DNA of 64,000 nucleotides, from positions 1,157 through 65,156 of the IMG/VR virus record IMGVR_UViG_3300017829_000024. One strand, 5' to 3'. Under the pieces are notes generated by a model. It searched no databases and was not told the DNA's origin. It saw only the letters and a list, made by a program, of their open reading frames with translations. Both the position numbers and the translations under genes were made by a program. Origin of the DNA: a virus. This document shows, one piece after another, positions 1-7,711 of the stretch. How positions within the stretch are numbered: position 1 is the stretch's first letter; each line of letters starts with the position of its first letter.

Positions 1-837
1 GTAACCGGGAAAACGGATACGCACACGCGCGATCGCATTCTTCATGACCTCAAGACAGGCCGTTTGCGCGCCGTGACCAACGCAGACATCTTGACCGTCG
101 GATTCGACTGCCCACGAATCGATTTCATTGGCCTTCTTCGCCCCACGCTTTCGCCGGGACTCTTCGTTCAGATGGTGGGGCGCGGTCTTCGGCTTCATCC
201 AGACAAGGCCGACACCCTCATTCTCGACTACGGAGGCAACATTCAAAGACACGGAACGCTCGATGCGATCCGAATGCGTGAGCCCGGCGACAAGAAGGGA
301 ACTGCGCCCACGAAGGTCTGCCCCGTCTGTACGGCTGAGATCCCTCTGGCGGCCACAGAGTGCCCCGAGTGCCATGCCGATATCCGCAGCGAAGAGAGGC
401 CCAAGCCGAAACACGACGCAGAGGCCTCTGAGCAGGAGATCATTGGCACAGGCGCGCCCATAGAGGCGGTGAATGAAACTGTCACCGAGGTCCAGTATGC
501 CTATCATCGCGGCCGAAACGGAAAACCCCCGACCATGAAGGTCACCTATCGGCTCCAAGGCAAGCCTGCGCCCGTGTCCGAATGGGTCTGCATCGAGCAT
601 GATGGGTGGGCTCGGACGAGGGCCGAAAGCTGGTGGTTGCGTCGCTCCCTCGATAAGAAACACGCACCCGAAACGATTGAAGAAGCCCTCGCCCGAGCAC
701 CGGGCCTTCTTCAGCCACGGATCTTGGCCGTCGTCTACCCGCCTGATAGCTATCCAAAGATACGATGGGCAAAACGATTCATCGACCCGATCGGTCGACC
801 CGGGATGGAGAATGTGCGTCGGCTCAAACCAGTGTAG
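1..837 (+). CDS. SF2 (DEAD/DEAH, RadD/YejH-like) helicase, C-terminal part; 5' end outside window
   Basis: Frame open from base 1; motif V TNADILTVGFDCP, motif VI FVQMVGRGLR, LILDYGGNIQRHG, Zn ribbon CPVC..CPEC. Confidence 0.88.
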   Translation, partial: VTGKTDTHTRDRILHDLKTGRLRAVTNADILTVGFDCPRIDFIGLLRPTLSPGLFVQMVGRGLRLHPDKADTLILDYGGNIQRHGTLDAIRMREPGDKKGTAPTKVCPVCTAEIPLAATECPECHADIRSEERPKPKHDAEASEQEIIGTGAPIEAVNETVTEVQYAYHRGRNGKPPTMKVTYRLQGKPAPVSEWVCIEHDGWARTRAESWWLRRSLDKKHAPETIEEALARAPGLLQPRILAVVYPPDSYPKIRWAKRFIDPIGRPGMENVRRLKPV

Positions 838-1096
838 AGCACTATTATCATTGGCTCAAAGACGGCACGCGACTAGAACTTCTAGAGTGGGTTGGCGCAC
901 CGCTGGTCAGCTTTGAAGAGCTTGAAGAGATGGGCTACACGGTCATCATTGATAAGCGACTCGAGGTAACTCCTGGATTTGAACAGATGTAACGGGCCTC
1001 GGCATGCGGAAGCGGCGCGTTAAATGGCACAAGTTTACAGCATGCAATGGTATAGGCTTGACAGCGAAGCGAGGCGCCGCATACAGCGGTTTGCGG

Positions 1097-1768
1097 ATGA
1101 CAAAATCACAGCTTGCGGCGCCTCGTCGCATGAAGATCTCAACCGAATGCGCATTCACAATCAAGGGGCAAATAGACTGCCCCTTGCTGATGCACGCGCC
1201 GACAACCGTTGACCCGCTGAACCCATATTCAGTGAAGATGCGTAAGGTCTCTACAAAGCGCCAGAAAACCGAAGATGATTACGAGGCTATCTCTCGGATT
1301 GAGTTTCTTGCAGGGCTCTATTTCGAGGACGGAACCGGTCCGTACATTCCAAGTCGGGTCATTTCCGCGTGTTTGATTGATGGCGCTAAGAAGTTCAGGC
1401 TCGGTCGCGCCGCCCGTGCCGGCATTACGCCTAAATCGCCCCGGTTCTTCTTCAAGAAGTGGCGCGGACCCAAGACCGCCGAGGCGCTCTTTGAGTCTCG
1501 GCTCAAAGACGGAACACAGCGGTATGTTGATAAGCGATGCGTTCGCGTTACAACCAGCCGGATCATGAGGACGCGCCCCCGGTTTGACGCCTGGGAGATC
1601 GACGTAAGCCTCATCATTGACGCGACCGCATTTGATCCCGAGCGAATAGAAGACATCGTGCATGCCGCGGGCACGCTCGTCGGCATCTGCGATAATCGAC
1701 CCGAATGCGGACGATTTGAGCTCGATGGCGACATTGTCTTGACAGAAAACACACTCAAGATGGCCTAA
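1097..1768 (+). CDS. Small Cas7/RAMP-like RNA-binding protein (Vipr-like effector); start at 1097 or 1130
   Basis: FTIKGQ..PLLMH, YIPSRVISACL, R.RPRFDAW and C-terminal G-rich loop AGTLVGICDNRPECGRF typical of RAMP folds; lies upstream of a GGY-NN array. Confidence 0.72.
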   Translation: MTKSQLAAPRRMKISTECAFTIKGQIDCPLLMHAPTTVDPLNPYSVKMRKVSTKRQKTEDDYEAISRIEFLAGLYFEDGTGPYIPSRVISACLIDGAKKFRLGRAARAGITPKSPRFFFKKWRGPKTAEALFESRLKDGTQRYVDKRCVRVTTSRIMRTRPRFDAWEIDVSLIIDATAFDPERIEDIVHAAGTLVGICDNRPECGRFELDGDIVLTENTLKMA

Positions 1769-1781
1769 AAGGAGAACATCA

Positions 1782-2267
1782 ATGAATGCAGCAGAGAGGC
1801 GTCAACACGCACTTTCCCCGAAGGACCGAGCCATTGAGCGCGCTCATGTTCTCGCCGAGAAGATGATGGACTCACCCGGCGTAAGCTGGCCGGTTGACAC
1901 TGTCTGTCGCGAGCTTCAGATCCCCAAATGCAGAACGCATGACAGATACATACTGAGCGGATTCGAGGCGCTCTATCTGCATTCGGAGCTCGAACGTCAC
2001 GGTCATTACCTTGTGCCGGCTCGATCGGGAAACCGTGTGCAGTCCTACCATCTGGCAGATGATCGCGAAAAAGAACTGGTTGTCGCCAAGAAGTACGAGC
2101 AAAAGTCCATAACCTGCCTTGAAAAGCGCGTTCGCATCCTTGGTCAGGTTGTCAACTCGGACTACAACTCCGAGGAGAGAAAAAGATTAGAGGCCACGCG
2201 CCGCATCGCTTCCGCCGAGCTTGATGCGATAAAGCGCGCAAGAAAGCGCCACAAAGACGGCATCTGA
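1782..2267 (+). CDS. Accessory protein between RAMP-like gene and repeat array (function unknown)
   Basis: 161 aa ORF with RBS AAGGAG; stop codon 4 nt before the first pentamer. Confidence 0.75.
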   Translation: MNAAERRQHALSPKDRAIERAHVLAEKMMDSPGVSWPVDTVCRELQIPKCRTHDRYILSGFEALYLHSELERHGHYLVPARSGNRVQSYHLADDREKELVVAKKYEQKSITCLEKRVRILGQVVNSDYNSEERKRLEATRRIASAELDAIKRARKRHKDGI

Positions 2268-2271
2268 TCTT

Positions 2272-2850
2272 GGTTTGGCAGGGCATGGCCGGGCAAAGCC
2301 CGATCAGGCGCGGCCGGGTCAGTTGTGGCAAGGCTTGGCAGGGCTGGGCATGGCTAGGCATGGCAGGGCAGGGATTTGATCTGAATGTTTTACGGGGCCA
2401 GGCTCGGCAAGGCCCGGTGTGGCGTGGCAGGGCACGGTTCGGCACGACTTGGCACGGCAAGGCAAGGATTTGAATTCTAGATTTTTTCGGGGCATGGCAT
2501 GGCCAGGCTGGGCAAGGCAAGGATTTGAGTTTCAGAATTTAAACGCGGCCCGGCTCGGTGGGGTTCGGTGGGGCAAGGCACGGCGTGGCATGGCGAGGCA
2601 TGGATTTGAATTCTAAATTTAGATGCGGCTAGGCATGGCCTGGCTGGGCGCGGTCGGGCTCGGCCCGGCACGGTGCGGCATGGCCTGGCTGGGCTGGGCA
2701 AGGCAAGGATTTGAGTTCTAGGTTTTCACCAAGGCCGGGTTAGGCATGGCAGGAATTTGAGTTCTCAGTTTACGCGAGGCATGGCCGGGCGAGGCTCGGC
2801 GGGGCGCGGTATGGTGAGGCCAGGCGAGGCGCGACAAGGCAAGGGTTTGA
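2272..2850 (+). ncRNA. GGY-NN pentamer array, 7 units (20,14,6,11,16,4,13 pentamers), putative guide-RNA array
   Basis: Strict 5-nt periodicity; units at 2272-2371, 2396-2465, 2491-2520, 2547-2601, 2627-2706, 2733-2752, 2778-2842; each ends in GGATTTGA (variants GAATTTGA, GGGTTTGA); units separated by 24-26 nt AT-rich linkers. Confidence 0.9.
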
Positions 2851-2856
2851 GTGGAT

Positions 2857-3252
2857 ATGACACGCATTGAAACGATTGATCCGTCTCGGTTTGACGGCCG
2901 CCTTCGCCATCTTCCGCAGCCCAATGAAGACCTTCCCGTCCGTGCGTTTTGGGCAGACTATCTTGGTCAACCCAAAGGCCCCAAATGGAGGGGGCGCTTC
3001 GTTGACTGCGGAGACTATCGAGTCGAGCTTGTGCTTGATGATCAACAGTACCCAGACACGGTCAATCGATGTCCTCCGGGATGGTGGGATCGCCGCACCG
3101 GTCGGCCCTGCGGTGTGCCGGCGGATGTGGCATCGTTTCGGTTCGAGCTCATTCCAGCCGGCGAAACGCACTGGAGACAAGATGGCCAAAAGAAGCTTGA
3201 AGCGACGACGCATGACGAAGAAGAAGGCGCGTCAAAGCCTCCGAGACGGTGA
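2857..3252 (+). CDS. Hypothetical protein
   Basis: ORF starts right after the array; no recognised motif. Confidence 0.55.
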   Translation: MTRIETIDPSRFDGRLRHLPQPNEDLPVRAFWADYLGQPKGPKWRGRFVDCGDYRVELVLDDQQYPDTVNRCPPGWWDRRTGRPCGVPADVASFRFELIPAGETHWRQDGQKKLEATTHDEEEGASKPPRR

Positions 3253-3373
3253 CCCGCTAACCGACGAGCACCTCAAGACGCTCGAGATGCCCCGCGAGGC
3301 CTGGTGGGCCTATCGAGACATGCCTAAGCGATCGAAGCATGCCTTTGCTTGCGCGCTCGCCCAGCTCTTCTGA
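3182..3373 (+). CDS. Small basic hypothetical protein
   Basis: RBS GGAGA before ATG 3182; MAKRSLKRRR... Confidence 0.5.
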   Translation: MAKRSLKRRRMTKKKARQSLRDGDPLTDEHLKTLEMPREAWWAYRDMPKRSKHAFACALAQLF

Positions 3374-3393
3374 TGCGGGGTAGAAGAGACTTC

Positions 3394-3984
3394 ATGAAGC
3401 ATCTTCTGCTGTTCGCTCTTCTGCTTCTTTCCCCTCTCGCCTGCGGCTCCGATGAAGTCGATGCGGTCCTTGATGGGGGACTGCTCTCGCCTGATGCTCA
3501 AGTCGATGCCGGGCCGCTGCCCGAGCCCGACGCGGGTCCTGATGCCGGTGTGTCCGTCGAGTGCGCGTTCGCCACGTACTTTCGTGCCGATGCACCCCTC
3601 CCCTATGGGCCTGTGACGTACACATCGACGTCCGTGTCTGTGCTTTGCGATCTGCTTGTTTTCGGAGCGCCTTCGCCTCAAACCCTGATCGGCGGCGATG
3701 TCAGTCACTTCTTCGGTGCGCCTCGCGGCGAGGGGTTCTGGGTCGAGAGCCTGAATGCGCCCGATATTGTCGGCGGGCCCGAGACATCGACCGTCACCGC
3801 GCTCGTCCCCGCAGGCTTCAGCCCGGGCGAGTGGTCCATGCTCGAGCCCGATTGCTACGCGGCCGAGCTCGACGTGTGGATCGTGACCGCCTCCATCACT
3901 CCAGACCAGGAGGTCTCTCGAGGGACCGCCCGGGTATGGACGCGGCCTGACCGGCATGCCGCAGGCGATTGTCCGGGCCTCTGA
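3394..3984 (+). CDS. Lipoprotein with myxobacterial-style DAG repeats
   Basis: Signal peptide MKHLLLFALLLLSPLAC (lipobox LAC); DAGPLPEPDAGPDAG linker. Confidence 0.7.
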   Translation: MKHLLLFALLLLSPLACGSDEVDAVLDGGLLSPDAQVDAGPLPEPDAGPDAGVSVECAFATYFRADAPLPYGPVTYTSTSVSVLCDLLVFGAPSPQTLIGGDVSHFFGAPRGEGFWVESLNAPDIVGGPETSTVTALVPAGFSPGEWSMLEPDCYAAELDVWIVTASITPDQEVSRGTARVWTRPDRHAAGDCPGL

Positions 3985-3987
3985 CCC

Positions 3988-4383
3988 GTGTGGTTTTGGG
4001 CCTCGACGGAGCGGATGACGGTCGGGTTCGAGGTTGTCCGTGAGCGCGTTGTGACCGCGCCGCCCATCATCCGTCGCTTTGTAGGGCAACCCTGGGCCAA
4101 CCTGACCGACTGGCTCGAGAAGCAGCCCGGGTACCTTCTCGAGCGCACGGACCGCTTGATCGTCCCCCCGCCGCTCGGCCGCCCCTGCGACCAGTGTGGG
4201 TGCCCTCAGCCGCCCCACAGGTGCTTCTGCAGCCTTTGCCAGGGCTGGACCCATGACCGGCGCTGGCGCGCCGTCCTGGCCGAGGAAGCCAACGAGATCC
4301 CGCATAAGGACGGAAAGAACGTCCAAACGCTCTGGCCCGAGATCGCAGCCTCCTACGTCCATCCGTTACGTCGCCGTACGTAG
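3988..4383 (+). CDS. Hypothetical protein with Cys cluster
   Basis: CDQCGC..HRCFCSLC; start uncertain. Confidence 0.45.
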   Translation: MWFWASTERMTVGFEVVRERVVTAPPIIRRFVGQPWANLTDWLEKQPGYLLERTDRLIVPPPLGRPCDQCGCPQPPHRCFCSLCQGWTHDRRWRAVLAEEANEIPHKDGKNVQTLWPEIAASYVHPLRRRT

Positions 4384-4438
4384 CCCTCGCCCGCGGCGAG
4401 AGGAGGATAAGGGACGATCTGTGCCTACATTTTGCCTG

Positions 4439-4716
4439 TGGACCGGCTGGACCGGGGTGGACCAGAGGTCGCGGTCCACACTTTTCTCAGTGCTTTCATA
4501 TACATACCTTCTTGGACCGTTGGACCAAGTAATGTCTATATATAAGAGGGGGTGCGCGCTCCCTAAAAAAAAGAGGGGGGGAGGAGTCAACACATAGTGG
4601 TGAGCGGTTTTTTGCTGGTCCACATCAGGTTTCAAGCTAAACGCCTGAAATAATTGAAGATTTCCCGGACCACGGGTCGCGGTCCAGGCGCGGTCCACCC
4701 CGGTCCAGCCGGTCCA
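4439..4716. promoter_or_regulatory. Putative replication origin with GGACC/GGTCC iterons
   Basis: Perfect 25-bp inverted repeat 4439-4463 / 4692-4716; about 12 GGWCC motifs in both orientations; AT-rich core; directly downstream of primase-helicase. Confidence 0.7.
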
Positions 4717-4755
4717 GGCCAGGTTTTTGAAGGGTATGCCCGAAGAAAAGTAGGG

Positions 4756-7398
4756 CTAACGAAGGGTCAGCGTAGACCAGTTTTCGTCCATGGACCACCG
4801 CTCTGGGTGCTCAAAGTTCGGGGGAAGGTAAATCCTGGGTCGGGCCCCATTGGAGAGCCGGGGCCGATGAAAGGTCCATCCGAGCTCGGCCAGCGTGTTT
4901 TCGATCTCAAGCCGGTCTCGCTTCGTCCATTTGCCCTTTTCGAGGCCGACCGCGGTCAGGCAGGCGGACATGGTGACCGGGATGGGGCGCTCTTTGAGCG
5001 CGGACTCGAAGAGCTCGAACCAGGGATGGCGCGATCGGCGGCTGTCCCACACCTCTTCGATCTCCTGTTCGAACACCTCATCATCCTTGCTGGGCCACCA
5101 CTTCGCGCCGTTCTGAAGCTCATACACCGCCTCTGCGAAGATTTGGTCACGATGCGCCTCGACCCAAGGCACATCAATTTCCCTTTCGCCGAAAGGGACG
5201 CACCACATCCGTCTCGATCCGGTCGGGTCTTGAAGATAGCGCCGATCGTTGGTCGAGCCCCCAAAGACAACCCGTCTCGGGACGATGACCTCTTTGACGG
5301 CATAGGGGGGTCGAAAGTGGTCGGTCGCTTCGCTCAAAAAGGCCTTCGTGGCTTCAGTGCCTGCTCGGCCCGACTGAAGGAGTTCCCCGATCTCGATAAT
5401 GACTTTTCCGCAGAGGTGAATGAGGGAGTCCTTGCTTTGAAAGTCCGGGCTTCGACCCGAATACCACCGGGGTTCTTTGGCCATCGCCTTAAAGAACTGC
5501 GACTTTCCAATGCCCTGATCGCCCTCGAGCACAAGCATGTGATCAACCTGAGACCCGGGGCAAAAGGCTCTCGCCACGATGCTTATGGGCCACCACCGCC
5601 CCACCTGAATGAGGTACTCGCTTCGCGGAAGCCCCGTCAGATGAGGTAGCCAAGTATCAAGGATGGTCGGTGCTTCGGGGTCGTGCTCAAGGCTTTCAAG
5701 GTATTGCTTAAAAGGATCAAAAGGTCTCCTCATGGCCTCCGAGACAATCAGCTCGTAGAAGGTTCTTGTGGTGAAGTTTGTGCGAAGCATTTTGGTGCAC
5801 AAACGCAAAAGTCGCGTAACGCCTTGAGCCTGAAGTATCCCGGCGGGTATGCCGGCCACGCGTTGCTCAAGAACAACGATGTCTTGGGCGCGTTCGTCGA
5901 AGCCCAAAAGACCCTTCATCATGGGCTCTTCTTCGAGGAAGATGGCAGCATTATGCAAAAGCTGTTTGATCGTGCCCTTGTCGTTATACAGGTACTCCCC
6001 ATGAAGATGTCGCTGATTAGAAGATGACGATTGCTCCTCGGCTTTTTCGTCCTCGACGGCTTTTCGGGTATGTTGAGCGATGGCGCTTCGAATCTCTTTG
6101 AGGGGCAACTTGAAGCGGTTTTTGACCGCTCGCATATAGCTTTCGCGCTCCGTAAAGCGATCCCCGCGAAGCGCTTCACCCATCATCTTGAATATGGGGG
6201 AAAGCTTCTTCGTCAGCTTTGCGCCCTTAAGGTCGCGGTCTATGTCTTCAATGAGCCATTCGACATATGAGACCGCTTCACCCACAAAGCGCTCATCGAA
6301 GGACGCTTTGCTGTGCGCTTGAAGATAGGCCGCCGCGTCGGTCTTTTCGTCGGCCTGATGGGTCAGGATGCAAACCGATGTTTCACGCTCCGCACGAAAC
6401 AGCGCTTCGCCCACGATTCGTGCGGATTTGACTCCCGATCCGTTTGGCTCGATGTCCGGAACCAAGACAAGGCTGGTGCCTTCGCTCTTCTTGACGAGCG
6501 CCTTGACGCGCCCGGTGTTCCCGCCGAGCCCGCTGAGGGCGACCGCCGGCCAGCCGGCCTGTTCGATCGCCATCGCATCGAACTGGCCTTCGACCACGCC
6601 CAGGATGACCCCCGCACGACGCGCCCGGGCGAAGGCGTCCTCGTTGAAGAGGACCTGAGCATCGATCGCCGGAGAGATGCGCCGGTCGGTCTGAGACGTA
6701 CCGAGCATCCGGTATTTCGGCTCAACATCGGCCTTCATCGTTCGACCGGTCATGAACATGCACCGATCCCCTCGCCAGTAAGGGATCGTAATGCGGTGCA
6801 TCATGGTCTCGTATGTATGGCCCTTTTGGCTCTTTGAAAGCAGTCCAGCGCGCCAAGCCCATCGCTCTTCGATCCCTCGCTCCTTGAGCATGTCGAAGAG
6901 CCCACCTCCGATCCCGAGCTTGAAGCGATCGATTGTTTCATCCGTGAAGCCTCGACCATGCAGATACGACCGGCCTTCCTCGGTGAGGTTCTCGTGGTAG
7001 AAGAGGGCCGCAGCCGTCAGGGTTTCGATCGTGTTCTTCGCGTCCCAGTGTGCATCGGCCAGCCGCTTCTTCTCTTGGGGGCTGCGCGCAGGCCGACCAC
7101 CGGTGAGCTGAAACAGCATGTCGATGGCCTCACGCATCGTCATGCCTTGCTCTTTGGTCACGAAGTCGAGGAATGTTCCCCCTTCGCCGGCCATGTCGTG
7201 GTAAATGCCATAGCCATCCCCACGATCAGGAATGTATGTGAATGAGGGGTGCGACTCGCCCCGATGAACAGCCAAACCCGTCCAGTTGCCGCTGGCGGGC
7301 TTGTGATTGAACTGAACGAGACCTTCTCGTTCGAGCCACTCTCCAAAATTCAGTTTCCGTAGGGCTTCGAGGATCTCAGGATCGCGTTGTTTGCCCAT
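4756..7398 (-). CDS. DNA primase (Toprim) fused to VapE-like P-loop helicase
   Basis: DnaG-like N-terminus, Toprim VVEGQFDAM, Walker A LVLEGDQGIGKS, VFGGSTNDRRYLQDPTGSRR. Confidence 0.92.
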   Translation of the reverse strand: MGKQRDPEILEALRKLNFGEWLEREGLVQFNHKPASGNWTGLAVHRGESHPSFTYIPDRGDGYGIYHDMAGEGGTFLDFVTKEQGMTMREAIDMLFQLTGGRPARSPQEKKRLADAHWDAKNTIETLTAAALFYHENLTEEGRSYLHGRGFTDETIDRFKLGIGGGLFDMLKERGIEERWAWRAGLLSKSQKGHTYETMMHRITIPYWRGDRCMFMTGRTMKADVEPKYRMLGTSQTDRRISPAIDAQVLFNEDAFARARRAGVILGVVEGQFDAMAIEQAGWPAVALSGLGGNTGRVKALVKKSEGTSLVLVPDIEPNGSGVKSARIVGEALFRAERETSVCILTHQADEKTDAAAYLQAHSKASFDERFVGEAVSYVEWLIEDIDRDLKGAKLTKKLSPIFKMMGEALRGDRFTERESYMRAVKNRFKLPLKEIRSAIAQHTRKAVEDEKAEEQSSSSNQRHLHGEYLYNDKGTIKQLLHNAAIFLEEEPMMKGLLGFDERAQDIVVLEQRVAGIPAGILQAQGVTRLLRLCTKMLRTNFTTRTFYELIVSEAMRRPFDPFKQYLESLEHDPEAPTILDTWLPHLTGLPRSEYLIQVGRWWPISIVARAFCPGSQVDHMLVLEGDQGIGKSQFFKAMAKEPRWYSGRSPDFQSKDSLIHLCGKVIIEIGELLQSGRAGTEATKAFLSEATDHFRPPYAVKEVIVPRRVVFGGSTNDRRYLQDPTGSRRMWCVPFGEREIDVPWVEAHRDQIFAEAVYELQNGAKWWPSKDDEVFEQEIEEVWDSRRSRHPWFELFESALKERPIPVTMSACLTAVGLEKGKWTKRDRLEIENTLAELGWTFHRPRLSNGARPRIYLPPNFEHPERWSMDENWSTLTLR

Positions 7399-7400
7399 AT

Positions 7401-7649
7401 TTATGACGCTTGTCCGTTCTTAATGGCCTGCCGGACGCTTCGCACAGTCTTCATGGCGTCGATGAGAACTTGCTCAAAGGTCATGTGTCGAGGAGGGACA
7501 TAGCGCTCGAGGCCATTTGTCACGAGCAGTCGTACGGCATCCGATCGGGACTCGAGCTGAAGCTCTTCCTGAAAAGCTTCGATCGCCTGCAGCATCTCAG
7601 GCGAGAACCGGCATGATACGGAGATGAAGTCTCCGGGGCGATTTGACAT
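7401..7649 (-). CDS. Ribbon-helix-helix (CopG-like) regulator
   Basis: ISVSCRFSPEMLQAIEAF...SRSDAVRLLV pattern. Confidence 0.7.
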   Translation of the reverse strand: MSNRPGDFISVSCRFSPEMLQAIEAFQEELQLESRSDAVRLLVTNGLERYVPPRHMTFEQVLIDAMKTVRSVRQAIKNGQAS

Positions 7650-7670
7650 GCGTGTGCATAATGCACACGC
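7650..7670. promoter_or_regulatory. Palindromic operator candidate
   Basis: GCGTGTGCAT-A-ATGCACACGC perfect 10-bp inverted repeat abutting the RHH start codon. Confidence 0.6.
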
Positions 7671-7711
7671 GGATTGGACACAAGACCAAAAGCGTGTTTA
7701 CGGTCCGGACC

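Noticed and set aside
1057-1086. Sigma70 promoter for the RAMP-like gene
   Set aside because: TTGACA is present but there is no convincing -10 at 16-18 nt
2272-2752. Decoding of units 1, 3 and 6
   Set aside because: Units 3 and 6 are too short; unit 1 gave no recognisable motif on either strand by eye; a genome-wide gapped search could not be run
2272-2850. Classical CRISPR array or TIGR-type array
   Set aside because: No constant 25-40 nt repeat with unique spacers, no cas1/cas2, and no Nop-domain gene recognised; the information is in interleaved dinucleotides
2152-2924. ORFs over the array giving GMAWQGKAR/PCLALP-type repetitive peptides
   Set aside because: They are a by-product of 5-nt periodicity in all six frames; linkers contain stops and do not keep frame
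3310-5649. Long ORFs 3310-4362 (-) and 4654-5649 (+)
   Set aside because: Antisense shadows of real genes in high-GC DNA; no motifs
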